Of a stretch of 64,000 nt of DNA, positions 25,161-38,965 are shown piece by piece (position 1 is the stretch's first letter; every line of letters begins with the position of its first letter). Position numbers and translations under genes: made by a program. Below the pieces are notes generated by a model. It worked only from the letters and a program-made list of their open reading frames with translations, had not been told where the DNA came from and did no database searches. This DNA comes from Octopus vulgaris (Eukaryota): the NCBI GenBank assembly GCA_951406725.2, contig OX597831.1, positions 75,206,001 through 75,270,000 on the forward strand, written 5' to 3'.

Positions 25161-26484
25161 ATTTGTACAGATTATTGAACAAGAATTTGCTGGACCTTCT
25201 TTCTCGGTCTACAAGTGACTCCCACCATATATGTATGTGTGTGTATATATATATATATATATACATATGGTGGTTGTTTACTCCTTATGCAGAGTCTGAC
25301 CACCTTAGAACCATCATGGTACCTGATGTGGCATTTTAAACCAGACAATGTTTTGCAAAGACACCCACATAGATTGCATATCCAATTTGAACCACCAAAA
25401 GCTGCAGTTAAATTCTGATCTTTATGGATCTAGCCGTAGAAACATTGCCAGATCAGACTGGGCCTGGTGCAGCCTTCTGGCTTCCCAGACCCCAGTTGAA
25501 CCGTCCAACCCATGCTAGCATGGAAAGCAGACGCTAAACAATGATGATGATATGTATGTATGTATCTACGTAGAGTACATGGCTTAATGGTTAAGGCATT
25601 GCATTCATGACCACAAGATCGTGGTTGAAATTCCTGGACCACTAGGCTATGCATCTTCGTTTACATGTGTGTGAAGGGTGCATGGCGTAGTGGTTAAGTT
25701 GTTGCATTCACAACCATGGGATTGTGATTTCAATTCCAGGACTGGGTGAGGCATTGTGCTCTTGAGCGAAACACTTCATTTCTTATTGCTCTGCAATCAC
25801 TTTGACACCTAACATGTGGGGTACACCATGGCCCCTGTTCAGGAAACATCGATTTGATGGAGAGAGAGTGAGGTTTATGTACAACACAAACGTTTGATCG
25901 CTGTAAGCGAATCATTTGTGGAGATTGTTCAGCAAGAAACTGCAGCACCGTCTACCTTGGACTACAGGAGACAACCACCATCCACTGCTTCCATTCCTGA
26001 TATCTGTGACATTCAACAGTTTTTAGATGTGACCATCCCTGTCTGCTCTTGGGCCCTCCTCCCCCCTTGACTGGCACAACTTCAGACAAACAATTGACAT
26101 GAATACGCAATATGTATATAAAACAGACAATATGTCAAATCTCATTGACTGAGGATATTCTATCAACATGCTGTTGTTAGTATTGCCATTGTTATTGTCA
26201 GTCAAAGCGTATTCCAAGTGGCCTCCTCCAAAGAGAAGTGGAATATCAATTTTTGGTGAGAAATACAAGTTGCCTTATCCTCTGATCCAATTGACGTTTT
26301 CCCACAGGAAACGGGCCGCACGTGAAATGGTAATGAGCTCCAAATAACCAACGGACGACATGGCATGCACAACGACAAACAAACGATAGACAATATGGCT
26401 GACTGACGTAAATGCTACAGGGTGGAGATGGGAGGTAAGATGTAGTGGCGGCGGTGAAGGAGGAGGAGGAAGGAAAGCAGAAGA

Positions 26485-26508
26485 ACATCATCATCATCAT
26501 CATTATCA

Positions 26509-26549
<41 letters not shown>

Positions 26550-26732
26550 TATTATTATTATTATTATTATTTATGTTTATGTTTTCCAGTTTCAGCTCTT
26601 GAGCTGTGGCCATGCTGGGGCACCGCCATTTATTGTTATTATTGTTATTATTATTATTATCATTATTATTATTATTGTTATTATTATTATTGTTATTATT
26701 ATTATTATCATTATTATTATTATTATTATTAT
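26485..26732. repeat. (CAT)n/(ATT)n microsatellite
   Basis: Read directly. Confidence 0.95.
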
Positions 26733-28094
26733 TTCAGACTGCTGCCAGCTACATAGTTTATTTCTCAGAGCAGCAACTCAGATCTGTTAGAATCATTTGG
26801 TTCCATTTTCTAAGACAAGCTTTGAATTTTAATTCATTTAACTTCAGTGATGGTTACCAGTTTGTGTGTGTGTGTGTGTGTGTGTGATGATGATGATGAT
26901 AGCATTATATATATTATGCTTGTCTAATTATAGGACTGTCAGATGAATTCGTTTGTTTTCTTTTCCTCCTCTCTTGACACGCCATAATCATCATCATCAT
27001 CATCATTGTTTAACGTCCATCTTCCATTCATGGGTAGGACGGTTGACAGCAGCAGCCGACCAAGTAGAAAAAGTACCCTAGGCTACTGTGTCATCATTGA
27101 GTGTCTGAAAAGTGGGGAAATTTATTTGAGTTTCAAAAACGATAGATGAAAGCTAAGGAGGAAGAATAAAACTACCAAAACAAAAGAAAAAAAAACAACA
27201 CAAAAATACATAAAACAGTATGATAAAATATAATTTTCTCGTATTAATTAAAATATTGGTGTTAGGAAGGGCATCCAGCTGTAGAAACACTGCCAGATCA
27301 GACTGGAGCCTGGTGCAGCGTACTGGCTTGCCAGTCCCCTGTCGAACTGTCCAACCCATGCCAGCATGGAAAACATTTCAAAGAATTGAAATAAATACAA
27401 CGGAATTTTTCCTGTCTTAAAATTTCTCTGAGTCTATCCTTGTAGCTATTCATCTTTTATTCAAATGTTTTGTTGTTGTTTTTTTCTAATGTCAACCACT
27501 GATATTGGTCAATGTCTTAATATCATTTACCTGGCAAAGACAGGTGTTTTTACTAACGACTCCGAAGCTTGTTTTGAATCCTTTAAAAGCTGTTGGGTGT
27601 CTTCATTAACAAGTCTAACCGGTTCGTTTAAGTTTTAAGGAATTGTGGTTTTTCTTGTAGATTTTGTTTTTGTTTCATTCTGTTGGTTTCTCATGTCATT
27701 TGAGTTTGGGTGTGGTGGATTACATCAACTCACCTTTTCCTGTATTTATTTTATGAACCTAGGATGGGTGAAATGGGAAATGTAACTGGACGGAATTTGA
27801 ACTCTGAACATGAAGATGATATCATCATCACCATCATCATTATCCCCATCATTTGGTGTCTGTATTCCATGCTCGGATGGGTCTGATGGTTCAGTAAGAT
27901 CCAGCAAGCCAGAGGGCAGTGTTCAGTGTCAATGCCTATTAACACAACGTTTCTATGGCTGGATGCCCTTCCTAACACCAGCCACTGTGTGTGTGTGTGT
28001 GTGTGTAAGTTATCAACTACATATACTTAATGTATAGGTTCCACATACTTGCTGGTAGGTTGCAATTTGCCAGCCTACTGGTAAATACACTAGC

Positions 28095-28377
28095 CAGTGG
28101 CGGACTGGCCAGGTTGCCTGATAGCAAGTGGGTCCTGCGACGCCATTAGAATCCATATATGGGGGCCCATGTTAGTATCTAAGGGGCCCATCCCCCTTAA
28201 GTTTGGGAATTTTTTATTCACTCCTGGAAGAATGCATTATTTCAACCTGGCTGTGTTTGTAGATGGATGAAAAGAATACTTTTAACAAAAAAACAAAATT
28301 AAATGATAGCTTTGTAGTTGCAGGTGGGCCCCCTTAGTCTCTTGGCAACCAATATTTTTTAATCCAGTCTGCCTCTG
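28095..28377. mobile_element. hAT-like MITE
   Basis: cagtggcggactgg / ccagtctgcctctg termini. Homologous to 8766-9937. Confidence 0.7.
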
Positions 28378-28389
28378 ACACGAACCATA

Positions 28390-28581
28390 TACATTAAGGG
28401 TATATGTGATTGTTAGCCACTACACACACTTTTTCTCTCCTTGTTTTTTCTGTGTCCCTTTCTGTAGAAGAGCGTAGGCTCGAAACGTAAAAGACTTTTT
28501 CTATTCCTGAGCGTTATAGTAATACATCTGTTCATTTTGTACACCACCTGTCTTCGTTTTTGTTTTTTTTCTTGAACTCTA

Positions 28582-28585
<4 letters not shown>
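28390..28585 (+). mobile_element. Penelope-like pLTR-type repeat with a minimal hammerhead variant
   Basis: cttt-CTGTAGA-a-gagc gtag gctc-GAAACGTA-aaag, followed by (TA)n. Confidence 0.55.
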
Positions 28586-28619
<34 letters not shown>

Positions 28620-28623
<4 letters not shown>

Positions 28624-28690
28624 CTTCTGCTACTCTAGACCGATGATGGGCAAAGACCCTGAAACATGCGTGTCTCTAGATGCAGGCCTA
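28620..28690 (+). ncRNA. Type I hammerhead ribozyme (core variant) heading a ~220-nt structured element
   Basis: Stem I tctaga/tctaga, extended by ctgc/gcag and taggc/gccta. Core CCGATGA, stem II ggg-caaaga-ccc, then GAAAC-atgcgt-GTC. Confidence 0.72.
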
Positions 28691-28837
28691 GCTGTTGGGG
28701 GTATTTGTCTCCCCTTCGTAAATATATAAGGACACAGGAAATGTGTTGAAGCCAACAGGAAGCGTCGATGCTTCCTAGGGGTAAACAGCGGTGGTGTAAT
28801 CCCCTACTGTCACGTTAAGTTGACAGTATACAACCAC

Positions 28838-28868
<31 letters not shown>

Positions 28869-31429
28869 GTAATATACTGGGGTCCTGGTTCGGGAGTTCC
28901 AAGTTTATGAGGAGTGTGCAACGACCTCTCAGCTACTATTGTCCCCAGTTCTACTCAGACTCCTAGTAGTGTTACCTGTTAGGATTCCAGCTATGGGGTT
29001 AAGTAGCGTATTAGGACCCGGGGACTGGATCTGGCTGACTGTGCAGAAGAAACCTTCGTGATTCAACGGAGGCGGTGGGGGAGGGGCAGCTGCAGGAATG
29101 CATTGTGGAGTGCAGAGAGAGAACAAGATGGGGCTAGTAAGATGTCTTGGCCATCTGCATCCGTCTCCAAAGTCGACTTTGATCGGATTTGAACTCAGAA
29201 CATAAAGACGGACGAAATGTTGTTAAGCATTTCGCCCATCGCGTTAACGATTCTGTCTGCTCGCCATCTCCCTTTATTAAATATATTAACACTTATTCAA
29301 TTATCCCCATCTAATTTGTGTATCCGTGTAATTTACGCCCACGGAAGGCTATTTGGCCTAAATTGGCTTGCAACTTGTTTAAACTATTTCGTTTTTGTAT
29401 TTGGTTAGAAAAATAGAGCAGTCAGTGAAAATTGAATTAGATGGCTATCAATTTCAGCAAGGTAAATAAATAATAGTGCATGCTGTCAAACAAGTTTATT
29501 TTAATATTTAAATTTACGTTTTGCTTTCGTAAAATTATCAAGTGTCACACAACGACACTTGTTGTAGGGTGTTATCAGAGTTGTGTCCCTTCAATTCAAT
29601 GTGGGGCCTTCAGCTGCTTTGTCTTTCGGTTTTGGTGTTTCGTAACAGCAGATCGGCAGACGATGATAGGAATTTTAGGTACTTCGAAACCCACCAAGCT
29701 GAGTGTTCGTTTCCTGTTAGTTTTTCTCTGTCTTGTGATGTTGCCAATTACGTGGCTCATAAGTCTCAAGGCTGGGCGTGTCATGTGATAGGAAGTTACT
29801 CTCTTAGAAATGTGTATACAGCACAGTGTTTTTGCCTATGATAATAATAATAATAACAATAATAATAATAATAATAAGGTACATTGTTTTGTCTTGGTAT
29901 AAAATATTCTGCTCAATACCACAGATTTGCTTGTCAGTTGTTTGACCATAACCAGCTGAGCATGTCCCTTGGTGGCTGACGATATGTACATCTCTGATCA
30001 TGAGCAGAAGTAGTGGGGGAGCATCATAGCCGATGTTGAAAGGGAATTCTTGGAGGTTTGGATAATTCACCTCTGGAAACATGGGTGGTTCTTTCAACAT
30101 CCTTAAACAACCCTTATTCTTAGACCTTTTGAGCGGGATGGGCTACACGACCTGATGAAAATTCTAACTGGGCCCCACCTGCAAGGTCAGGTGCTGTTTA
30201 CCTTGATATGAGATCACCATGTAGCGCACATATGGTTGTGATGCATGTGCCTGGTGTACCCTTATCAGATGGGTGTACTGGACTTTGTATATTTTACGCC
30301 AGTGTCACTTTGATGGCATGCACTGATCTCTCACTCAATAATGTTAATAATCATCATCATCATCGTTTAACGTCCGTTCTCCATGCTAGCATGGGTTGGA
30401 CGGTTCGACCGGGGGTCTGGGAAGCCAGAAGGCTGCACCAGGCTCCAGTCTGATCTGGCAGTGTTTCTACAGCTGGATGCCCTTCCTAACGCCAACCACT
30501 CCGTGAGTGTAGTGGGTGCTTTTTACGTGCCACCTGCATAGGTGCCAGGCGAGGCTGGCAACGGCCACAATCGGATTGGTGCATTTTACGTGCCTCTGGC
30601 ACGGAAGCCAGTAATAATAATAATAATAATAACAGCCCTTTCTACTAAAGACACAAGGCCTGAAATTTGTGCAGAGGGGACTAGTCGATTACAGTGTTCC
30701 TAGTGTTTCACTGGTACATAATTTATTGACCCCAAAAGGATGAAAGGCAAAGTTGACACTGGCAGAATTTGAACTCAGAACCTAAACATGCTAACGATTC
30801 TGCCAGCTTGCTGCCTTATAATAATTCTTTCTACTATAGAAACAAGGTCTGAAATTTTTGTCTGAGGAGGTTGGTCAATTACATCGACTCCAAGTTTCCA
30901 GCTAGCAAGTTATTTTATCAACCCCAAAAGAATGAAAAACAAAGGCGACCTCAGCGGAATTTGAACTCAGAATGTAAACACGGAAGGAAATGCCACGAAG
31001 CATTTTCTTCAGCGTGCAAATGATTCTATCTGCTCACCATATTTTTTTCTTATAGCTTTTAGTAATAATTCCTCCTACAGTAGGTACAAGGTCTGAAATT
31101 TTGTAGGAAGAGACGACTCGGTTACATCGACCCCATTATTCAACTGGTATTAAGTTTATCAATTTTGAATGGATGACAGGCAACAATCAACCTTGCCGGA
31201 ATCTGAACTCAGAACCTAAGGAAGACAGAATATAAAAAAATATATAAAAATGTTTGTTTATGTACAATCTGTTTACAAATCGTATACATTTCTGCCGTGA
31301 CCTATTGTTTGTTTACTGCCACTCATTCGAGAGATAAACACCAGCTTTGCAATCTCACACATACAAGGAAGTTATGTGTAATAATAAAATATATTTAGCT
31401 TCACTATCAGAAAATAGATCCAAGGCCAT

Positions 31430-31643
31430 TGGTACCGAGAATCAAAATTGGTTGAACGTTGTGTATTATGGATGAGGTTTTCAGTTGATTAGTTAATTGC
31501 TAGTAATCACTTTGAGCCGGTCATGAGGGCCAAACATCCCCGAAAGTTTCATCCGAATCCATCCAGTGGTTCTTGAGACATCTTGTCCACGGACAAACAA
31601 ACAAACACGACTGAAAACAATACCTTCGTTAAGGTGGAGGTAC
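31430..31643. mobile_element. Helentron-associated (HINE-like) fragment
   Basis: Shares the acaaacaaacacgactgaaaacaatacc...aaggtggaggta end with 46328-46696. Confidence 0.6.
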
Positions 31644-31764
31644 TAATAGTACTCTTACTAGTATTACTCCACAACAGCTACAACCAGCATTACTACCACC
31701 ATCACCACCACCACTACTATGTGATATATATTTCTAACAACATCAGCATTGTTGTTGCTGTTGT

Positions 31765-31950
31765 TCAGGTCACTGCCTGGAATCGAACTCGGAATCTTGG
31801 GGTTAGTAGCCCGCGCTCTTAACCACTATGCCATATGCCCGTGAGCTGTCCTCATCTTGTTTGGTGTAGTGGTTAAGAGCATGGGCTACTAACCCCTAGA
31901 TTCCAAGTTCAATTCCAGACAGTGATCTGAATAATAATAATAACATCGAG
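31765..31950. mobile_element. Inverted pair of tRNA heads from the hammerhead-SINE family
   Basis: Minus head at 31765-31842 and plus head at 31862-31950. Flanked by the direct repeat aacatcagcattgtt. Confidence 0.7.
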
Positions 31951-32061
31951 AAAAAAAACATCAGCATTGTTTAGAATTAGATATTAAATTACAGAGGAAT
32001 GTCTTTATAACAAAATAATATATATTGTATTTGTTTTGTTTTGGGATTTTCCACAAAACAG

Positions 32062-32466
32062 CAGGAGTGTCTGTGTGGTAAGTAGCTTGCTAACCAACCA
32101 CATGGTTCCGGGTTCAGTCCCACTGCTTGGCATCTTGGGCAAGTGTCTTCTGCTATAGCCCTGGGCCGACCAATGCCTTGTGAGTGGATTTGGTAGACGG
32201 AAACTGAAAGAAGCCTGTCGTATATATGTATATATATATATATATGTATATGTGTGTGTGTGTTTGTGTGTCTGTGTTTGTCCCCCTAGCATTGCTAGAC
32301 AACCGATGCTGGTGTGTTTACGTCCCCGTCACTTAGCGGTTCGGCAAAAGAGACCGATAGAATAAGTACTGAGCTTACAAAGAATAAGTCCCGGGGTCGA
32401 TTTGCTCGACTAAAGGCGGTGCTCCAGCATGGCCGCAGTCAAATGACTGAAACAAGTAAAAGAGTA
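32062..32466 (+). mobile_element. SINE family A
   Basis: Family A consensus. Confidence 0.9.
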
Positions 32467-32657
32467 AATTGTGGGGAACATAAATTTCTGTTCCTTTAAC
32501 ACAGTTTAGGGAAGAGCAGACGAGGGGTGATATTTCAATAGAACATGGCCAAAATGTTGGCCTGGATCAGGGTGCAACAGTTGTTGTAAGGGGTCGAGTT
32601 GTGGATCCTTTACTCTAACACTAACGAAATGTTTTGATTGACCCTTTCTATTTGCAG

Positions 32658-32760
32658 GACTTTTGACAGCAATTGTACCTACATCAACTACAAGATAGCA
32701 AACCAGATCATATCCTGGAATACTGCAGACTGCGGAACTGGAATGAAATGCTTGTATTCC
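32658..32760 (+). CDS. Uncharacterised protein, exon 2 ([W]TFDSNCTYINYKIANQIISWNTADCGTGMKCLYS)
   Basis: tttgcag acceptor, gtaagt donor, 103 nt, and phase matches exon 1. Confidence 0.9.
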
Positions 32761-33719
32761 GTAAGTAATTGCTTCATTTTTATTTTCATTTTTAGGGGTC
32801 AGTACTGATGACCCTTGCAGGTCATCTATGGGTGGTGAGATTTATGTTAATGTTATATCTAAACTGTTGTAGATCAACAACTGCAGGGTGGACATATCAG
32901 AGGAAGGAGGTTCAGAAGGGATGGGCTTGGCAGGACTGGTGAAGGTTGAATAACTGGCTCCCTATCGGTCATGCCAAGGATTCCAGTTGACCCAATCAAC
33001 AGAACAGCTGGCACGTGAAATTAACATGCAAGTGGCTGAGTACTCCACAGAATGTGACATGGCTGGCCCCCTTTGAATTACTGGTACAACTCGTTTTTGC
33101 CAGCAGAGTGCACTGGAGCAACGTGAAATAAAGAGTCTTGCTCAAGGACACAACACATGGCTGGGTATCGAACTCAGAACTCTAGAATCGTGAGGCAACA
33201 CTAAGCCACACATTGAGGGTTAAATACGACAAGGATGCCAAAAGTTGGTGGGACCAGTGGGCTGGAAGGAAAGGGCACAGGTCCAGGTAGGTCTGAGTGG
33301 GGAGACAGGTTGCTTATAGAGCAGAACCTAGAACGTGTGTGAGAGTGATTCAAAGCTAATGAGTCAATCGGTGGCCGTTTTCTAATATAAAAGAACCATA
33401 GAATGCCTGGGTCACAAAGCATCCAGACGAGAGACCAGACAGCGATGGGTTGTGTCAGGACTGCGGAGTTGGTGCACAAATGCTTCGAATCTGACTCCTC
33501 CCTTTCTAATTATGCTATTGATAAATTTAATCATCATCAGCATCATCATCATCTAACATCTGTTTTCCATATTGACATGGATTGGATGGTTTGACAGGAG
33601 CTGGCAAGGCCAGGGCCCACACCAGGTTCCACTGCATGTTCTGGCATGGTTTCTGCAGAGTGCACTGGGTGTCTTAGAACAATATGGAAGTCAACCCCAC
33701 CAGATAAATTGAAGAGCAG

Positions 33720-34145
33720 TTGTTGAATCTGTGCTTGTCTATGGATCTCCAACTTGGACTCTCACCAAGAGACTCTGGTGCATGCTGGACGGCGCCTGCA
33801 CTAGACTGTCACGTGCAGTGCTCAACATCTCTTGCAAGGAGAACCCAACAAAGCAACGGTTATATGGGAATGGGAAAAAACCCACTTTCTCATCAAAAAT
33901 CCAAGAGCAGAGATTGAGGTTTGCTGGTCACTGTTAAAGAAGTAAAGGAGAATTTGTGAGTAACGTGTGGCTGTGGACACCAAATCGTGGTACCACAGTG
34001 ACTGGGAGACCACAGAAGACGTATATACAACAGCTTGCAGAAGATGTTGGATGCCAAGTTGAAGACCTAGAAACACTAATGGAAGATCAAGAGGGATGTA
34101 GAGAGGTAATCAAGCTGGTCCGGGCAATCAGCTTGACTGGATGAT
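33720..34145 (+). mobile_element. RTE-type LINE C-terminal fragment
   Basis: YGSPTWTLTK...RLRFAGHC...LWTP...GRPQKTYIQQL. Confidence 0.8.
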
Positions 34146-34539
34146 GCCTCGATAATTGGGGGGCATTTTATGTGGCACCAGCACCAACAGGGTCACTGAG
34201 TGGTTTGCAAGATAAAAACCTTTAAAATTTAATATCCTCTAAAAGAAAAAAAAATCAATCACTGACTTTATGTCTACCTAGAGAAGACAACCAGGAGTTG
34301 CTGCAGTTATTGTATAACTCTGAGCATCTCACCTTTTTTTTTATATTCTTTAAAATAATACCCTTTATGATTTAGGTGAGATTTGGCTGCTAGTTCTAGT
34401 ATATTAAGTAACCACATAGAGGCTCCCTGTTTTGCTCAAGACAAACATGCCTCCACTTTTCATCTCTGATAATGCTCTGATTGTATTATGTCTTAAATTT
34501 TCACCTTTATTCATATTCTGTATTTATTTTTCATTTCAG

Positions 34540-34653
34540 CTCACGTCTCATAACGCCAGCCTCATTTTAGGTTCCCATAAAACACCAAAATGGCATTTTA
34601 CTGATTCTTTCTATTTTGCCTTTAATTCTGACAACTCAACATGTTACGTGGAG
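34540..34653 (+). CDS. Uncharacterised protein, exon 3 (LTSHNASLILGSHKTPKWHFTDSFYFAFNSDNSTCYVE)
   Basis: tttcatttcag acceptor, gtaagt donor, 114 nt, phase 0-0. Confidence 0.9.
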
Positions 34654-34728
34654 GTAAGTGGCACCAAACTATTCATACATCATTTACGTTTGACGGATAT
34701 TTGTCTTCATCTTGTTTGTTATTAACAC

Positions 34729-35099
34729 CTTTAACTCTGAGCACCTTTTCAAACTCCACTCATCTAACACCCGTGGACATATTTACAAAGTAAGAAAACA
34801 GCACAGCTCCCATGACTTTAGGAAACATTTTTTCACGCTGAGAGTTGCTGAAGCATGGAACAAGATGCCAGCATCAGTTGTTAGTTGTCGGAGCACTGCA
34901 TCCTTCAAAACTTCCATGCTTCCTGAGATTTGACAACACTACACCTGATTATCTCCCCTCCATACACACACAAGCATGTATCTGACTCATACACTGTTCA
35001 CTTTCCAGACATTTGTACATTACTGCATATGCTTTATATGCACTTTCTGACAAGTTGTGGTGCACCTGAGCACTGTATACAATAATTTCATTATTATTA
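34729..35099 (+). mobile_element. CR1-like 3' fragment inserted into a hammerhead-SINE copy (34680-35175)
   Basis: NTRGHIYK...RVAEAWNKMP. TSD taacac at 34723-34728 and 35100-35105. Confidence 0.85.
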
Positions 35100-35607
35100 T
35101 AACACGTTTCGGCTGATATACCCTCCAACCTTCATTTCAAACCTGGGTTCTCATTCCTAAGGTATTTTTTGATGTTTGGTTTGGTTTCTACAGCTGGATG
35201 CCCTTCCTTTACAGTGTGTGCCAGCTGCTCCTTCTGTGCCACTGGCATGGGTGCATTTATGTGGCACAGACACACGTGGCACCAGTATGAATGCATTTTA
35301 CATGAAGACTGGTCAGCCCCTACCAGCTGCAGATCAAGCGGACTCTAGTATGGGAACAGATAGCTACTGAAAAAAAGATGATGCATGTATGTGTCAGTGT
35401 CTTGGTAGTCGTAAAGGAGTGCCACTGTCATACCAGCAGTGTCATTCATTTCTATTTTTCTGCAAAACGTGTCTGGCAATAGAGAAATATTACCTTATTT
35501 GGTGACAGTGGGGTCATCTAGCCATAGGAAACCTACTTCAGTAAACTTAGTCTGAGACATGTAAGAATGGAAAAATGAATAATTAAAACCATGATGATGA
35601 CTTAAAG

Positions 35608-35826
35608 CAGTGCTTTTCAAACTTTTTGCTGGAGCGGAACCCCAAGGAAACATTCCACTGGCTCAGGGCACCCCTGTGCAATAATTTAATAGTCTTATGC
35701 ACACATATCTGCACAGGAGAATTAAAAATTACGGCCGATTTTAGCAGTTTTGTAACTTCTTGTGGAACCCCTGGACTGTACTGACGGAACCCTAAGGTTC
35801 CGCGAAACCCTGGTTGAAAACCACTG
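35608..35826. mobile_element. hAT (Charlie-like) MITE
   Basis: cagtgcttttcaa / ttgaaaaccactg termini with TSD acttaaag/acttagag. Confidence 0.8.
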
Positions 35827-36333
35827 ACTTAGAGGATCTTCTATAGCCATCCCCACCTTGGCTAATATTTTTCTATGTTTTGCTGCCATATGGAACCATC
35901 AGCAGAATTAATGCAACATGTCCCCAGATGTTTCTTCCAGTTCTGATTCTTGTCATTGCTTCCTTATAGAAAATTTTGTTGTAAGCATTTTTGCCGTTGG
36001 AAAATTTGCTCTAAAAAAATAAAAGTTACAGCAAAAAATACATTATTTGTGCAGCATTGCTTGGAATTTTTGTATATTTTATTTTAAAAAATGCTGATAT
36101 AATAAACGTTATCATTGTCCATACGGCAAATTTTCCCATGGTAAGTGTCTACCACGAGTTTTCTGGTCACAGTTTTTGCTCAGATTTGGCTCAAATGTCA
36201 GAATACGATCCCCCCCCCCGTAACTGCTTTACCAATTCTGTGATTCCGTTCTTCACATCACTCTGCTTCTACTTCTTCCATCTCCTCTGACTGATGATAT
36301 GACATACTCATCCTCTGTTTTTACCATTTCTAG

Positions 36334-36412
36334 GGAGTTTCATCCTCTGATTCTTGGTTTGCTCTGCTGGATTTTGGCGTCAACTACTGTAATCTCCATA
36401 ATATAATAACAG
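36334..36412 (+). CDS. Uncharacterised protein, exon 4 (GVSSSDSWFALLDFGVNYCNLHNIIT[G])
   Basis: ccatttctag acceptor, gtatga donor, 79 nt, phase 0-1. Confidence 0.9.
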
Positions 36413-36841
36413 GTATGAATTGCTTTGATTTTCTCCAGAAATATTGGTTTCAGATTTTGGCACAAAGCCAGCAATGTTGTGTGGGGGGGGGGGGTCAGTC
36501 GATCACATCAATGCCAGTGCTCAGCTGGTGCTTATTTCATCAACCCCAAAAGGATGAAAGGCAAAGTCAACCTTGGCAGGGTTTGAACACAGGGCCTAAA
36601 AAGACCTACCAAATGCCTCATCATTTTCTCTCTGGCATTCTCACAGTTCTTCCAACTTGCTGCTCTTTTCTCTTCAGAAATATAATTTTTGTGTGATTTT
36701 AAAAATTATGTGTTGTGTTTTTGTTATATTTTTGTTTATATTTTCGTAATTTTGTTGTGATATACCAATGTATCACTATACAGTGTCAGTCAACTATCAG
36801 AGATCTTTGGAGTGCCACGGGGGGCACATTACAATATTTAA

Positions 36842-37078
36842 CCCCTTGCCTGCCATGAGCCCCATTTGGGGATCAGCTAAAAATAGCCTCACTGCCGGTT
36901 CTTCATTGTATTTAAAGTGTATTTGCTTATTTACATTTCATTTACTTTTTCAATAATTTATCCTAATTTCCAAAATAATTCACTTATGAAAAAAATTTAA
37001 ATACTATATATTATTTTAACTCTTATGATACCTGGCAAAGCCAAAAAATATGAAAATAAAAATTTGGCAATTAATGGG
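36842..37078. mobile_element. piggyBac-like MITE
   Basis: TTAA|ccc...ggg|TTAA ends. Confidence 0.45.
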
Positions 37079-37453
37079 TTAATACAGAGTGACAGTAATG
37101 TGTGTTAGTTTAAATTTGTTACCAGTTCAAATATCCTTGAGGCATATTTGAACCCGTAAGAAACCCATTCACTGTAATGGAGAAAATTTCTCACTGGAGA
37201 CAAATAGGTGTAAATACAAATCAGCTTACGGCACCCTCCCATCCCTAATCATGCATTCCGTGGTGGTTATTTCCTCTTCAGCCACACAGAAGGGAAAAGC
37301 AAATGCCATGAGCTGACACAAGAGACACGTCCTACTTATGATATTCCCATCATTGTCTAATGACTGGTTGCACCATCCAGTGGCCTTTTGTAAATGAAAT
37401 ATTGGGTGACGTGACAGTGCTAAGCAGTGAGACGTATGAATACACACACACTT

Positions 37454-37865
37454 ACTCTTTTATTACTCTTTTACTTGTTTCAGTCATTTGACTGCGGCCA
37501 TGCTGGAGCACCGCCTTTAGTTGAGCAAATCGACCCCGGGACTTATTCTTTGTAAGCCCAGTACTTATTGTATCAGTCTCTTTTGCCGAACCGCTAAGTA
37601 ACGAGGACGTAAACACACCAGCATCGGTTGTCAAGCAATGCTAGGGGGACAAACACAGACACACAAACACACACACGCATATATATATATATACATATAT
37701 ACGACGGGCTTCTTTCAGTTTCCGTCTACCAAATCCACTCACAAGGCATTGGTCGGCCCGGGGCTATAGCAGAAGACACTTGCCCAAGGTGCCACGCAGT
37801 GGGACTGAACCCGGAACCATGTGGTTGGTTAGCAAGCTACTTACCACACAGCCACTCCTGCGCCT
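37454..37865 (-). mobile_element. SINE family A
   Basis: Family A consensus. Confidence 0.9.
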
Positions 37866-38965
37866 ATTTGTTAGTAATTCAAATATTTGTTCTGACTCAC
37901 TGCATTGAGTTAAAAGCTTGTCACGACCATTCCACAATCAGGATTACTCTGTTAAACATAAAGCTTATTCATTTGCATTGTCTTGTACATTTGAGGTTTT
38001 GATGATTCGACGAAGAATACCTTGTGGTATTTGTTGTGGTTTCAAATCCTGCTGAGGTCAAACTTTGCTTTTCGCTCTTCTGAAGTAAAGTCCCAATCAA
38101 GACGTTGATGAAGGTTGAAGGTAAGGAGGGGATCGATTTATCCACCAACGCCGCTCCCTGAAAACGATGGACAGCCCCGTGCTGACTTTAGCAATCATTG
38201 TAGTTGAGTGACAAGCGGCAGGCAGAATGTTTCATGTTGTTTGTGTGTTCAGTATTCAAATTCCTCCGCAGCCGACTTTCTCCTTCATGCTTCCAGGATC
38301 ATTAATGTTTCATTCTGGACATAGATTGGAATTGGTAAGCTTCTGGTTTTCCTTTCATAAGTGCATGTAGGTCGAGCAAATCGACCCCGGGACTTATTCT
38401 TTGTAAGCCCAGTACTTATTCTATCGGTCTCTTTTGCCGAACCGCTAAGTGACGGGGACGTAAACACACCAGCATCGGTTGTCAAGCAATGCTAGGGGGA
38501 CAAACATATATATATATACATATATACGACAGGCTTCTTTCAGTTTCCATCTACCAAATCCACTCACAAGGCTTTGGTCGGTTCGGGGCTATAGCAGAAG
38601 ACACTTGCCCAAGGTGCCACGCAGTGGGACTGAACCCGGTTCTTGACCGGTTCTTATCCAAAATAAACCTTCTGTTAGCAACTAATTATTAAGTGTTGTC
38701 TCAAGTCTGCGGCGTCATTGGGCTAGTTACCTGGTCCCCTTGGCATATAAGTGATGTGGCCAAAATCATAAAAACTACCCCTGGATGGGGCGCTAGACTG
38801 TCGCTTGGTTGATTGAACAGGGACAACAGGAAATGAAGTGTTTTACCCAAGAACGCAATGCACCGCCCAGTCTGTAAATTGAAACCATCATCGTACAATC
38901 ATAAATGCGACACCCCTGTCCAATAGGCCATGTGCCCTCACAATGTTAAACGCTATACATTTATT

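Noticed and set aside
36285-36320. CTGATGA as a hammerhead core or snoRNA box
   Set aside because: There is no GAAA or stem partner. The same applies to CTGATGA near 30152 and 32806.
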